A stretch of DNA of 50,786 nt, the filler included, from Bipalium vagum (Eukaryota), in assembly GCA_037834085.1 (NCBI GenBank). It is 3 parts of 3 records of this genome, joined end to end, with 100 filler letters (N's around TTAATTAATTAA, not from the genome) between each part and the next. Parts side by side here need not be neighbours in the genome. Positions count along the whole stretch, not along the records: positions 34,801 to 50,786 come from JBBMKC010134449.1; 2 more parts are not named here. The stretch is one strand, 5' to 3'. Position numbers and translations under genes: made by a program. Under the pieces are notes generated by a model. The model ran no database searches. It worked only from the letters and a program-made list of their open reading frames with translations, and was not told the DNA's origin. Below, one piece after another: positions 35,785-48,879 of the stretch (the first letter of the stretch is position 1; the number at the start of each line of letters is the position of its first letter).

Positions 35785-37670
35785 TGTTCAGTCTCGGGGA
35801 AAACATGGAAATGGGAATATTGGCTGGTGCAATGGAATACGGAAGTTTAGACCACATAGAAAAAACATCTTCAGAAAGACTGTGTCTTTTGAAAAGTGAT
35901 ATTCATAATTTTGTTACCTTCGTTTTGTTACCATTGCGTACTTGAATGTGAATTGAGAGTTATATTGACGAAAAGCTAACAAAAGGAAAGGATTTTTAAC
36001 CGACATGAAAGTCATTTTGAGGACCTTTATGAAAAAATCACTCGGGCTCCATTGCTCTCATTTCAGGTCAAGTCATTGAGGTCTTCAGAAAATCTGAAGC
36101 AATAGATGTGACGGATGCTGAAATTTAAGGATAGATAACGGTATACAATAAAGTTAGATCACGATAGATAGAGTAAAGTTGCAGATGCTATGGGACTCAG
36201 GGGCGTCAGTCACAGTTTTTAATGAAATATGCTGGAAAAGACTAAGTAGCCTAAACATAAATACCAAACGTTGGGTGGAGAAAGGCCTTTACGTTCGTGC
36301 AAGGCTGAAATTTCGTGGAATCACAAGATCAGACAGATTGAGATTATTATTATTATTCGTAAAGCGACTGCAGTCATATTTTGTTGGAGGAGTTAATATG
36401 ATGAAGAAATTTGGGATCGAAATATGTGAAGTGAACAATATTGAGGAGATAGATTTTGGCAAGAACATTTCAGATACTGACAGAAGGAATCATACAATTC
36501 AATTCTTCGAAGATTTACACATTATGGGGTTACATATTATGTTGCACATATACGGGAAGATCTTGCATCGACCTTTGACATAGGTTTTACAGATCTGGCA
36601 CTTAAAAAACAACCTGTATCGGTGGAAGAATAACTTTATTATTTCCAACAAATTATTGATTCTACAAAAAAGGAACAGGATCTGATTATCATAAAAGAAG
36701 GATTTGTAGACGATTTTGTTAGAGAGATTCATTTAGATCATTGTCATTTCGGTAGCAAAAAGATATTCCCCTAACTGAAAGATTGGGCGTCAATGTTTAA
36801 CTCAATAAAATCAGTTTTATTTAGCTTGTGTTTTTTACGCAAAGGAAAACAGGCTAAAAGCGTACGAAAGAAACATGGATCCCCAGAAGAAGCTCATATT
36901 TTTGGATATGGAAAAAACAGAAGCTCATTGCAAGTATTTAGTTGCCATTATTGATCGTTTCAGCAAGTTAATAAGTATAAGCCCGTTGTCTATACTTGAT
37001 GATCAGTCAATATTCAAGTGGGTCATGAACAATTGGAGTTACACATTTGGCATACCGAAAAGTATATTAACGGAGACAGAGAAAAAATATGAAAGTGCAT
37101 GGCTGCAGCAAGTGGATAGACATGGGGATAAAGCATGAATTCAGCTTTCCTTACCAACATCAATCCAATGAGCTAGTAGAAAGAGTAATATGCACCATAA
37201 CAGATATGATGACGAAACTGAAGAGAGGAATTGGCTTGACCTATTGCTAAGAATAGAATCTAGTATCAATGCGACTCAACAGAGTTCCATCAAATTCTCA
37301 CCCTTCGAGATCATTTTTGGTTAAAAAATTAATCTGCAGTCCGGGGTCAACGAAACTAGATATCCAGATACGAAAATAAGGAGTCAAGCGAGGAAGAACT
37401 TAAAAAACGAGGCAGACAAGATGAATATTTTCGAGAAAGACAAACGTGGCCAGCGAGAGTTTATGATTTGCGAAAATGTACTGGTCAGAAAAGAGCCACT
37501 AAGCAGGAAGAAAAAAGTTTTCTATATAGAATTCCATATACGATTACAAAGTTTTTATCGCCGCACCAAATGAAGCTGAGTGGTCCATATGAAATCAAAA
37601 TAAGAAGAATTGAAGTTAAAGAGGTTGCCATAGCTTTGATAAAAGAGAGAATTACGTAATTTATTAGAGT
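35785..37670 (+). mobile_element. Degenerate Ty3/gypsy LTR-retrotransposon pol (protease and integrase; RT/RNase H not recognisable)
   Basis: Aspartic protease LWDSGASVT. Integrase HLDHCHFG, YLVAIIDRFSKL, FGIPKSILT, PYQHQSNELVERV, FSPFEIIFG, PYTITK. Protease precedes integrase. Confidence 0.85.
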
Positions 37671-37729
37671 TTTTTGAATGAGATTTTGAATGACGAAATA
37701 TAATCTTTTTATATCAAATAGTGCTACTT

Positions 37730-38068
37730 CGAGAAGCTACTTTCAAATCTCTGAAACCAATGTTGAGCGCTACATTCACTAGTGGTACATCCACCAATAT
37801 ACAGTTCAGATTTCGAGTGGTTTTTGCAAGGTAACCACTTATTTTGTGGTTACATTACTCTAATTTGAATGTCTTTCATCTTGTTTTCAAATACCTAAAA
37901 AAATTTAGATAATTTTTCTTAATTTAAAATTTTTGTTGACTTACCTTTATAAAATATTTCGCTTTAAGATATAAAAAATGTATTTATTAATAAAACAAGG
38001 TTTAATTTAACAATTCATAATTCAAAAAAGAAGTCATAAGAACGACTATTGATTTATTTACAACCTAA
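37730..38068 (-). mobile_element. 5' fragment of a mariner with a 50-nt intron-like segment (37895-37944) in the 5' leader
   Basis: TTAGGTTG terminus at 38068. MKDIQIRVM start at 37879. TTSECSAQHWFQRFES HTH motif. Confidence 0.6.
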
Positions 38069-38199
38069 ATAATTTAAATGATAAATGCGTTTATTACACC
38101 AAGTGAAAATTTAAAACATGCAATTTTTCTTTTTTCTTGGGTATTGGTTGTATATTTTGATTATAAAATTGTAAAAATAAAAAAAATTTGACTTTCAGT

Positions 38200-39052
38200 C
38201 TTAACACGTCATTTTATAACTAATGATGGAGATAGCTGGATGAGAGTTCATTTAATTAATGAAATAGTTCAGTCGTTCGACCTGATGTCGAAAGCCACTT
38301 TTTCTGCAGAGATAAATAGAAGAGATGAATGGTGGAAGATAGTAACTCTGCGAAATCATATTTAGGGGAGTCGCAAAGCTTTCTGTGTGAAGAAACATTG
38401 TTAAAAGACACAATTTAAAGAAATAATTACGGAAAAACATTAGTGAATTAGAAATTTTGTGAAGAAATATAGTGAAAACGAATTTGTAAAAAAAGTTTTA
38501 ATAAGAGATTTTGTGTAAAGAAATTTTTGAGAAAAAATATTGCGAACGATTTTAAGTTGAACTAAATTATATGATAAAAAACAATAAATGTATATGATTT
38601 AGTGTTAAAAAAAACTTTGGTGGAGAAACCTCTTTAATAAAATTTAATCCAGGTCATACATTATAAAAATTGTGAATTAAGTGTAAGAACAACTCATAAA
38701 TCACTCAATTAAATTTTGTTGGAAAGAACAATAATACTCCTGCATTTCCTGAATATTTCTGGAATATTTTAAAAAACAAAGTATTCGATAAAGATTTGGT
38801 GGCGAAATTATTACCTTAGCTAAAGGCAAAGATTTCACGTCGTATTAATAAGATTGGTTTGGGTATGGTACAGACACTGGTGGACAAGCTGAATTCTATC
38901 AGACTCTTTGACGTTATAGAAAATCAGCAGTGATTATTCATATTGCTATAACCTTCATATATTTGGTATAATTATGTTCCTCTTGTTTTTAAATGTAAAA
39001 TAAAAAATGTTAGACTTTTTTATATTGTCCGGATTTTTATTTGTTATACATT
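38200..39052 (+). mobile_element. Decayed ITm relic, probably DD37E-like
   Basis: NFVGKNNNTPAFPEYFWNILKNKVF resembles the DD37E C-terminal catalytic region. TIR-like end GTCCGGATTTTTATTTG...TA. Confidence 0.5.
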
Positions 39053-39384
39053 ACATTAATGAGGATCGATTGGGCTAATGATCATCATACTGTCTTGGAG
39101 GTGTGATTAACAGTTTGATTTAGACGATGATGAAGAATCCATAGAGGTTAAGTGCATTGATGATTAGAACAACACAAGGATGAAAATAGCATAAACTAAT
39201 AAAACTGAGTTTCCATATTCATCCCATGTTGCCATAAGAACCTTCTGACAGATTACCAGGTACTTACTGACTCTACACAAGTGTGTCATAAAGAGGGCTT
39301 GAACAAGCTTTACTAGAATGATCACCAGCTTTTAAAAGGTACTCCACGGTCCAGACCTTAGTAGTCATCTTGGAATCCATTGCT

Positions 39385-39620
39385 GAGGTTATCGATGTAT
39401 AGAACAACACAGATGTGGTTCAAACGTTTTCAAGGCAGTGACCTGCAACTGGAAGATTGGCTTTTCTTCTTAATAAATCTCAATTAAAGCCAGATGTTGA
39501 AGATACTTATAAAACAGTAAGACAACTTGTTCAAGATCTTAATGTTTCTAAAATCAATCATTTCTACTCATTTCAGAGTTTGGAGAAGTTAAAGATGTAC
39601 TTAATATGGAAAATCAACAA
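39385..39620 (+). mobile_element. Mariner HTH fragment
   Basis: RTTQMWFKRFQGSDLQLED, KTVRQLVQDLNVS. Confidence 0.6.
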
Positions 39621-40027
39621 TTTTATACTGAAAACCCTAAAAATTATGATCTAATTTCTTAAGTGTAGTAAGACTGTGAAAATTAAACTAATTATAAAAA
39701 AGCTTTAATTGAAGAATGTTACTTTTTAAATTTATTTTATTATGAAGATATTTAAAATTATATTTTGATTATATTAAAATAATAAAAATAATCAATTTGA
39801 TTAAAAAAACAAATAACCAGATTTATATCTCAATATACTTAATTCAATATTCAAATTTAAATTTATTTAAAATGTTGATATTGTTCATAATATTAATTAA
39901 ATGCATCTGAAACATCGCCATAAGAAAAGCATTTTCAATTGTTCACCGTATCAGTTATTAGTAAAAATAATTTACTTGCAATAATAAGTAGTGATAACAA
40001 TGTCAAAAGCTAATATCCATTATTTTA

Positions 40028-40750
40028 TCAACTATATGATGATTGGTATTTACTATCTCCCAATTTGCGTAAATAATTTTCTGGGTCATGTTTTCCAGAT
40101 TTAAATATATCCAAATTTTCCATTATTTCTTTTAAATAGAGATCTTCTTCTAAACCATTAGGTACCTGTTCAATATAAAACTGTGCAATTTTTTCAACAT
40201 ATTCTAAGTTTGTTCCAATTGTTCCCGATGCTATTGAAATTTGATAGCATTGGTTAGAAATTGATGCTGGGCCGAGATATTGTGTATTCGATATATCAGC
40301 AACATATGAAAGAACATTAAACATAGAAGATTTATTGTTACAGAGACAAATACTAGTATTAACATCCAGCGGAAAATCATTATCTCCAACTGCAGGCTTG
40401 AAAGGATGAAAATTTACCTTTACATGCTGATATTCTCCTGCAACCATTTCTCTTTCAATAAGATGCTCTAAAGTCTTAATTACAGATTCCGGTTGAGTAA
40501 CTCTATAGGCTAGGCCCCAAACTCTTGAATTAATTGAAGGTATTAATGTTGCTACTCTTCCTGGACATTCTTCTGTGCCACGATAATTTTTGCTTCCTTG
40601 ATAAAATTTCCGCGCTTGCTCGCATACAAATCCAATTAAAGGTGTTCCGTTGTGTTCAAATCCAGGATTCCAGATCAATGAACCATAACCAAATATGAAA
40701 AAGTCATCCACAAACTCTTCTTCGTGTGATTTTTCAGATGTTGATTGCAT
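40028..40750 (-). CDS. CHAC: ChaC-family glutathione-specific gamma-glutamylcyclotransferase, single exon, 240 aa
   Basis: FIFGYGSLIW, FYQGSKNYRGTEECPGRVATL, VWGLAY, LIERE (catalytic Glu), YLGPAS, SGTIGTNLEY. Confidence 0.95.
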   Translation of the reverse strand: MQSTSEKSHEEEFVDDFFIFGYGSLIWNPGFEHNGTPLIGFVCEQARKFYQGSKNYRGTEECPGRVATLIPSINSRVWGLAYRVTQPESVIKTLEHLIEREMVAGEYQHVKVNFHPFKPAVGDNDFPLDVNTSICLCNNKSSMFNVLSYVADISNTQYLGPASISNQCYQISIASGTIGTNLEYVEKIAQFYIEQVPNGLEEDLYLKEIMENLDIFKSGKHDPENYLRKLGDSKYQSSYS

Positions 40751-41019
40751 GAATAAGAGTTATTGATAATTTCGTTATTATAAATACTTTATTATACATT
40801 ATTAATATTTAATTATTATTGATTATTAATATTAAATATCTGTTAATATAATTTTTTTAAATATAGTTTCCCTTAAATATTGTGTTATTTCATTAAATAA
40901 CATATTTTGTTATTAAGGTGAGTTTAAAAGATGAGATTATTAATTGTACTACATTATTGGTAAAAAATCATTTTCTGTTATATTACAGAAATTGAAAGAA
41001 AAAACGATATAGTAATAAA

Positions 41020-41885
41020 AAAGATAAAAGTCGTGTGGTGATATGCAAAGTTCACATCGGTTGACTTTAACTTTCAACGTCAACTAGCTTGTGGAGGGGT
41101 ATCTGTGTTTGATGAACATATCTTGAAAGAATCTGTTGAATCCAATTAATTAATCAATTAGCCGCTGAAGTTTGTTCTTCAAAGTCTATACTAAAAAGAA
41201 ATATATAAAGTTAAGTAAATAAACGTCTTGAAAATTGTAAATTACTTTAAAATTCATCGGGGTACCGCTTTCTTTAAAAGATTTGTCGCCATGATTGAAA
41301 AGTTGGTCTTATTTAATAAAACAATCAGAAAATATCAAGTGTTATCTACAAATGAGCCGTAATTTTGATAAAAGTTAATGCTTATGTTTTGGAACTGTGA
41401 TAGAATAATATCTTCTAATATGTGAAATAAGTTTATTCAGCACAATTAAAGAGGTTACATGAAATTATGACAATAAAATATTCTTCTTTAGTCAATCTGA
41501 ACCTTTTATTAAAAGCATATAACGAATAGCTTCATACTTCATGAAAATCAGTTGCAACTATCTACAGCCTTGATAAAATTGAATTATTGTCAAATCCTCC
41601 GAACTCGCTAGATGTTGCAGCTTCTGACTTTCCTTAATTTCGAGCAATATCTCATTTTATCCGTGGACGGTTCTTTGAAAACTAAGATGTTCACGAGGAA
41701 CTAGCAGTTTTTTAACTTCAGACCTACAGAATAGAATTAAAGTGGAATCTAAAAGATAGTCCAGCGTGAGTTCTTAGTTATCAAAATAATAGATTTTATT
41801 TTGTTTCGTGAATTCTGTCTTTTAAAATAAAAATTTCAGTGAAATTTATTTACAATGTGGCACTTTTAATTGGAAAACATAATAT
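41020..41885 (+). mobile_element. Highly decayed mariner
   Basis: VFDEHILKESVESN, KLMLMFWN, PPNSLDVAASDF (~PPYSPDLAPSDY). TIR-like 3' end. Confidence 0.55.
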
Positions 41886-42164
41886 TACATAAAATATTGA
41901 AGACTTCAGTTTTTCGAAAAATCATTGTTTAATTATTTTAAGGATAACTAAAAATATTCTTATATGAAGAGAAATTTTCTTTTCATTTCCGTGTAAGTAT
42001 TGATTATAAGAATAAAATAATAAATCTCATTAAAATTATTAATGTAAAAAGGACTAAAATATATCAAATTATTTATACGTAAACTTTTAGTGTTTATCTT
42101 GTCAAATATAAAAAACTCTAAATAATTATTGATATTTAAGAGCGAAAATGGAAGTCATATTAAT

Positions 42165-43260
42165 AGTGGGTTGATGCATATATTCTGTCACATAGTTTAA
42201 ATTTATTAAATACACAAAAAGCAAAATAAAAAATTTTAAAAATAATTGATATTAATATAAAATATATAATATTATTTTTATAGATTAATATAAAACTTCA
42301 ATAAATAAATAAATATTTATTTATTTATTTAAAATAATTGTAATTAACTTATGAAAATTGAGTGCCAGATTGAAAAAAAAAGAACATTTCTGCAATATTT
42401 TACTCTTAATTTTGTTAAGTCCAAAAGAAACATATGTTCCATTTATGGGAAATCAGGAATTCGCATAAAAACTGTACAAAGGTGGTTTTTAAGATGCAAA
42501 AACAAAAATTTCAAAATGTGTGATACAATTGGCTCTGGAAAAAAAATCGAATTCCATGAAGACGCTCTCAATAAATTGTAGCATGAAAATCTTCATCAAA
42601 CGACTCAAGAATTGACTAGTCAAATAGGTGTTGACCAAGCAACAATAGTCCGGTATTTTGATAAGATGGATAAGGTTCAGAAAATATGTTCATGGGTCCA
42701 TGTCTTCTGAAGACCGAAACAAATATCACCGCGTTGTGATAAATACTTCATTGCTTTCACGTCATCGTGCTGAATTCCAACAACATCGACCTTTTTATCG
42801 TGTATGATAACCGGTGATGAAAAATTGAGCCTTTATATTAATTTAAAGCAAAGGAAAAAATGGTTGGATCGAGTTCAGCAAAAAATATCACGCACAAAAC
42901 CAGACCTTAATCCCCTAAAGACAATGCTTAGCGTTTAGTGGGATCAAAAAGATGTCATTCGTTATGAGTTACTTAAGAAAAACATATCGATAACCTCCAA
43001 TACTTATTCCCAACAATTGGTACGATTAAAATTAGCAATTTGTGAAAAGCTATCTGAAAGTCAACATCAAGTGATTTTGCTGCATGACAATGCTCGACTG
43101 CATACTACTAAACTAACAAAATCAGACATTGAGAAACTCGGTTGAGAGATTCTATCTCATTTGGCATATTTGTCTGACCTTGCCCCAAGAGACTTTCATC
43201 TCTAGCTAGAACTTATAACAACAGGAAAGAAATGAGGTGGAATATATTGTGTAAACAAAA
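42165..43260 (+). mobile_element. Mariner (DD34D), degenerate
   Basis: IKTVQRWFLR, TGDEK, HDNARLH...YLSDLAPRD with 34 residues between the aspartates. Confidence 0.85.
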
Positions 43261-43768
43261 CGAGAAAAATTAAATTGAATAATAAAATTACTACAAGACT
43301 AAAGAATTGTGATAAGAAAATTACGCTTTGTATTTGTTTGGAGATGGAAGCTTTCATGTACTTTTGACATTAAAGGAAACAATATAAACATCAACTAAAT
43401 GGATTAGATGATGAATTGATTAAAACAAGAATTCCAATAGCCAGCAACCTGACCAATGCAAAATAATGTCTTCCTTCGTTAAGCAAACACTGAGAAATCC
43501 TAGAGTGCCCTTTGCACTCCGAAGATAGAACCAACAAATTTTTAATTATTCATATCAATGACAAAAGAAAATGAATTTTACATTTAAATAAGAGCTAATA
43601 TAATTTCAGTAAGTTTTATGTTAAGAAAAGTTGTAAAATCATAATCCATAAAGAATAACTTACCAGAAAATATTTTTTAAGATTTCATTATGGAAAATTA
43701 TTAAAGAAATATATTATTCAAAACAAATTATTTCTGTTATATAAATAGATTAACAAAATATATATATA

Positions 43769-45051
43769 GAGTACCCTCCAAAAGTTTGTTCAACCCCTAT
43801 CAAAATAAATAAAAACGAGTGTAAGTCAAGATATATTTATCAAATATTAACCACAATTACATTCTAATACTTAGTCGGATGCCCTTTCATATTAAGAACA
43901 GATTTGACTCGCAACGCCATTGATTCCACGAAATGTTGACAATATTTTCTATCCAAAGAATACCAGTGTTGAACTGCTTTCCACAATTTTTCTTTGGAAT
44001 TGAATGAAATATGTTACATTGCATGCTTAAGGTATCCCCAAAAATTTCCGATTGGGTTGACATCCAGAGAATTTTCTGGCCAATTCAGAACATCAATATT
44101 TTTTCTTATACTTGCTCAAAGGTCTATGTGAAGGTGCCATGTCTTGTTGGAATAAAAAATTATTCTCATGGAATATTAAGCATTTAGAAACGTTATTAAT
44201 GTCATTTTCTATTTTCTCTGATATAATTTAATATTCATGGGACCTTCTTCCTTCTTTACTAATCCTACACCATTCGAAGGAAAGCATTCCCATACATGTA
44301 GTTTAGGTCCGTAAGTCGTAGTCTGGTGTATTTTTCCTGGTTGCCTTTGTCATTTGCTGTTCGTAACACCCAATGCTTCCCATGCTGACTATAACACTGG
44401 AAAATGCTTTCGCCACTGAAGACAACATTTTTCCACTTAATAAAATCCCAGTCCTTATGCTTGTTGGTACATAACATTCTCTTTTGTCTTTGTCTTATTG
44501 ATTGGAAAAGTTTCCTTATGCTTCTGTAACCATGAATACGATATTTTTAGAGGATTCCTCTTACGATTCTCTATGATATTGTAGTACTGCTTTGAGATAA
44601 GAAGTCATTGGTTACTTGTGCCACGAAAAGGCTTTTGTTTGCTCTTGAAATTCTTTTGAGTAATCTTTCACTTATTATTGATACCTTTCTAGGTCTTGGA
44701 ATGCGAGCTAAATCTTTCGTTTCGTTTTTCTTAAAAACTTTTGCAAATCTTTTGCATTCCACGTCTAGATACACTGGTGAAATATTGATTCTGTAAATCT
44801 AATTGAATTTCATTCCAGATTTTCCACACTCTTCTTAAGTACAACTATGATATTTCTATTAAATTCGGATATTTTCTTGCCGTTCTTTAACTAAAATAAA
44901 CTTAATAAGAATTATAAAATTTTAAATAATTAACATAATAATTAATAATAAGTCAATAATAATTAAATAATTTAAAATTTAAGTTATTAAAACACAAATT
45001 ATGTAATTTAGTAAATTTTACAAGGGGTGAACAAACTTTTGGAGGGTACTG
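43769..45051 (-). mobile_element. Full-length degenerate Tc1 element
   Basis: About 30-bp TIRs (G/C)AGTACCCTCCAAAAGTTTGTTC(A)ACCCCT flanked by TA, 1283 bp. WKNVVFSGES, FQQDMAPSH, WPENSLDVNPIGNFWGYLK; the catalytic residues are mutated. Confidence 0.92.
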
Positions 45052-46181
45052 TACAATGAGTTATTTTATTTTTATTATATAAAATTCTTTATTTAAATTA
45101 AAAGTTATTATAAATAACATTATTATTGAATATAACATAGTTGAAAAATCTACTCTATAAAATATGGTTCTACATTTTTTGGTTGTCAAAAACAACCTAT
45201 GTTTTCATCGAATTGTGACCAACGATGAATCATCACAGTGCATCGACATTTACATAACTCAACATCAGTTCGCAAAACCGATATTACATCATAGAAGACC
45301 ACGATTTTGGTTTAGTGGTCACTACAGTTTCTTAAATTAATGAAATCAGAAATATTTTGTTAGGAAGTCGAAGAAATATACAGAAATTTTTAATGAACGT
45401 CCAATCTTGCAAAACATCCTAACAGAATCCTGGGCTGTGAATATCTGCTTTATACAGCTTACGGCATCTGTCGACCACTGTCTATCATTTTTTATCATCT
45501 TTCCGAATTCCTTTAAGAGAAACTTTTTCACACCCTAAGTCCTGTTCAGAATGCTTTTCGTGAATTTATCTATTCCAGAAGACCGTAATTCTATGCCATT
45601 TGAATAAATAAACTTATTTCGCATTGACAGAATCATATTTTGAATAAATTATTTAAATAAAATAAAAAAAATATCGGTTTAAAAACTCAGTTATTAACTT
45701 ATCAATCATTTTTAAATTTATATATCCTTCCTAATTAACTAAGAAAAATATAAAACAATAAACCTTGTACTAGTTATTTTCACTTAAACAATGAAGGATT
45801 TTTTATATTTTTAATCCAAACTTCATAAATTTATTCTGAAGAAATAAAAATGGAAATAAATTTAACATTTTTATGTCACACTATTATCTAAAACTTTGTC
45901 TAATGTTATTAAAGAAAAAGAAAAATTGCAATTGAATGGCATTTCTGGCATAAGCAAAAGTGAGATTCCCGTTGAATATACTAATCTAATTAATTAATAA
46001 TGAAATTCCATTAATATAAATTCATTTATTTTATAAATCAAATATTAAATTATTTAATACATAAGTATAAATTTTAACTAATACTTTTGAATACAAATTT
46101 TAATAAATCTGCTCTAAATAATATCTTTAAATACACAAGTGTTTATTAAAAATTCAATAATTTTAGTGCAATTTTAAAATA

Positions 46182-46603
46182 TGTGGTATTTCATAAATAT
46201 GATAGGCTATTATTTTACTATGAACACTGTCGTAACACTTAGTTCGTAAAGTTTACCGACCCTTTCACTTTTGTCAAAACGTGTACGAAAATGAATGAAT
46301 CAAAACAACTACGAATAACATTCTATTTACAAAATAACAACCACAATATGTCAAAAAAATCGAATGTCAATAAAAATGTCTGCAAATCTCACAATCAAAG
46401 GTCTAAATAATCGATCACAATAAGAGTCAAAATTCTTTATAAATAATAATCAATCAAACAATGAAATTAAAATGTTATTATCAATTAAATTACATAAAAA
46501 ACAAAGAAAAACAACGATAGCCTCACCAATTTTGTCGACGACAAGTCCAAAGGGTGGTTTGCTGAGCCCACTCCGACTTGCTCAAAAACCCCCTAACAGC
46601 ACA
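46182..46603 (-). repeat. Dispersed LTR-like repeat, copy 2
   Basis: Homologous to 10361-10825. Starts TGTGGT and ends ...GCACA, directly abutting a mariner 3' half. No TSD seen. Confidence 0.55.
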
Positions 46604-47057
46604 GGACCCTTCGTAAGCTTAAGAAAGGCTTTGTCAACTGTTCTTTGGGATGCTCATGGAATATTATTCATTGATTTCCTTGAAAAATGGAAAACGATAA
46701 CGAGTCAATACTATGTAGCATTATTGGATCAAAAAAGGTATTGTTTCATCATGACAATGCACCACCTCATCGAAGTGTAATTTCAACGGCTAAAACATAC
46801 GAATTTTCCTACGGTTTGCTTTCAAATCTATCGTATTCTCCAAACTTAGAACCTAACAATTTTTTTAGTCATAGCTGAAACTACAGCATATTATGAAGGT
46901 TGGAGAAATCTTATTTTTCAGAGGATATTAAAAAATTTGATGGTCGAAGGAAGCGATATATCCTCCTAAAAAGAGACTATGTGGAATAAAAAAGCTTGTT
47001 CATGTCTTAAAAATTGTTTTTCTTTGATAGGCGAGGGACTTTTAGAACGACATAGTA
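46604..47057 (+). mobile_element. 3' half of a mariner
   Basis: TVLWDAHGILFIDFLEK, KKVLFHHDNAPPH, YSPNLEPNNFF, RDYVE*. Confidence 0.85.
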
Positions 47058-48879
47058 TACATAAATTACACTAATTAAAGGGAAAATTTGTGTATAAATG
47101 AAAATTTAATTACATTTTTTCTGATACAATAAAAAATTGAGCAATAAAAAGTAAATCTTAAGGTTAACAAAATATTTTCAACATCAGGTCTAAGTGTTAC
47201 TAGCTCTGTAGCTCTCTGAATAGATAAGTTTTAAGCTTATTCATTTATAGGTTAATATAAAAAAGACTAAAAAAAAAGAAATAATCACCTAAATATGTAA
47301 TTATCTGAACCGGGGAATGAAAAATGATTATTTTATATCGGATCCAGGTTTATAATAAGAAATTATATTCAAAAGTTCCAGAAATAAGGTCCTTCAAATA
47401 TAAACAGACAATTAAAAGAAAAAAAACGTTTGAATGTTGATCAAATATTAACATTTTTTGAAAGTGTGTAAAATTATTGTAAAAGTCTTAATGCTAAGAA
47501 TAAAGTCAAAATTATTAAGGTAATTTAATCATTACATATCTAATAATATAATATAACCTAGAGAAAAAATTAAAAATAAAATCTAAACAATACAAAGATT
47601 TAAACTTTGTCCAAAAGTATAACAGAATAAATCTTAGAATTATTTGATTTCCATTTTAATTTATTAATTGTTTTTATGAATCTAATTTTCAAATTACAAT
47701 TTATTACATATAATTCTTCAGATTATAGGAAACAGGAAATTAAACGAATGCTTAGAATATTGACTTAGCCTATAATAAGCACGCTAGATAATTAGTGACA
47801 AAATTTAATCAGTATAGTTAATCATTTACCAATACAAATTTATATATTTTAAAAATTATTCGAAATGTGAAAGTTTTATGAAAATAAAAATTAAAAATAT
47901 ATCTTCATTTATCAAGCTATATCATTTAATCTCTTTCATTTTTATATTTCTTATTAAAATAATTTCATAAAAATATAAAAATTGAAAAAAATTTAAATTA
48001 GAAAATGAATTTAAAAAATAAAAAGTAATTATTATTACTTATTGTGGTAAATATTATTTTATTATTATTATTATTTATTATTATTATTATTATTTATTAT
48101 TATTCTTATTATTATTATTTGGAAAATTTTATTTAAGTATCTTGAATATTTTATTAGTGTCAGTACTTTATACACATACCAAGTATATTTGTTTTTATAA
48201 TCAAAAATTTAGTTTTGTTTTAAGTTAAATTTATTATTGCAAATATATAAAAATATTATTAATTATTTAATTAATTTTTTAGTAAATTAGCTGATTTGGT
48301 TAACCAATTAAAATAATTATAAAAACTTAAAATTTTCATAATTGTAAAAAAGCAAAATAATACTAATTTTTCGTTGTTAAATAGACATAATTATCAAATC
48401 ATTAAGAAAAATTAAACATCCCTTCAATAAAATCATTTTAAATTAAATTTGAAAAATATTTTTAATATTTAATTGAATTAAAAATAATTTTATTTAATTC
48501 AATTTTTTTCTGTTTGGGATTATTTTCATCATTTTCACCTGTTTTATTCGTTTTAAATAATTTTATTTTAGATCCGTTTTTCAATTGAATAATTATTATT
48601 TATTATCTTTATCGGAATAATAAAAAAATTTCTAACATTAAAACAAGACATTTAGTAATAAATAATCATTATTTTTTTATTCATTTTAAATCTCTATGAA
48701 CTGAAAACTGAATTAAATTAAGAAATTAGAGGGTAAATTATTTTTTAATTAAATAATTATATTTTTTATTTCTACAAAGTTTATAATAATCATTTTAAAA
48801 TTAATAAAAAAAATATTAAAATATAAAGTTGATTATAATATGATTATTTAGATAATAAATAATTCCAAAGAAAATATTT

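Noticed and set aside
42706-42720. CTGAAGA-CC-GAAAC hammerhead core-like string
   Set aside because: No stem II or flanking helices; it lies within mariner coding sequence.
46228-46543. Solo LTR bounded by TGTCGT...ACGACA
   Set aside because: No TSD, and homology with the 10.4-kb copy extends past the left 6-mer, so these are not the real termini.
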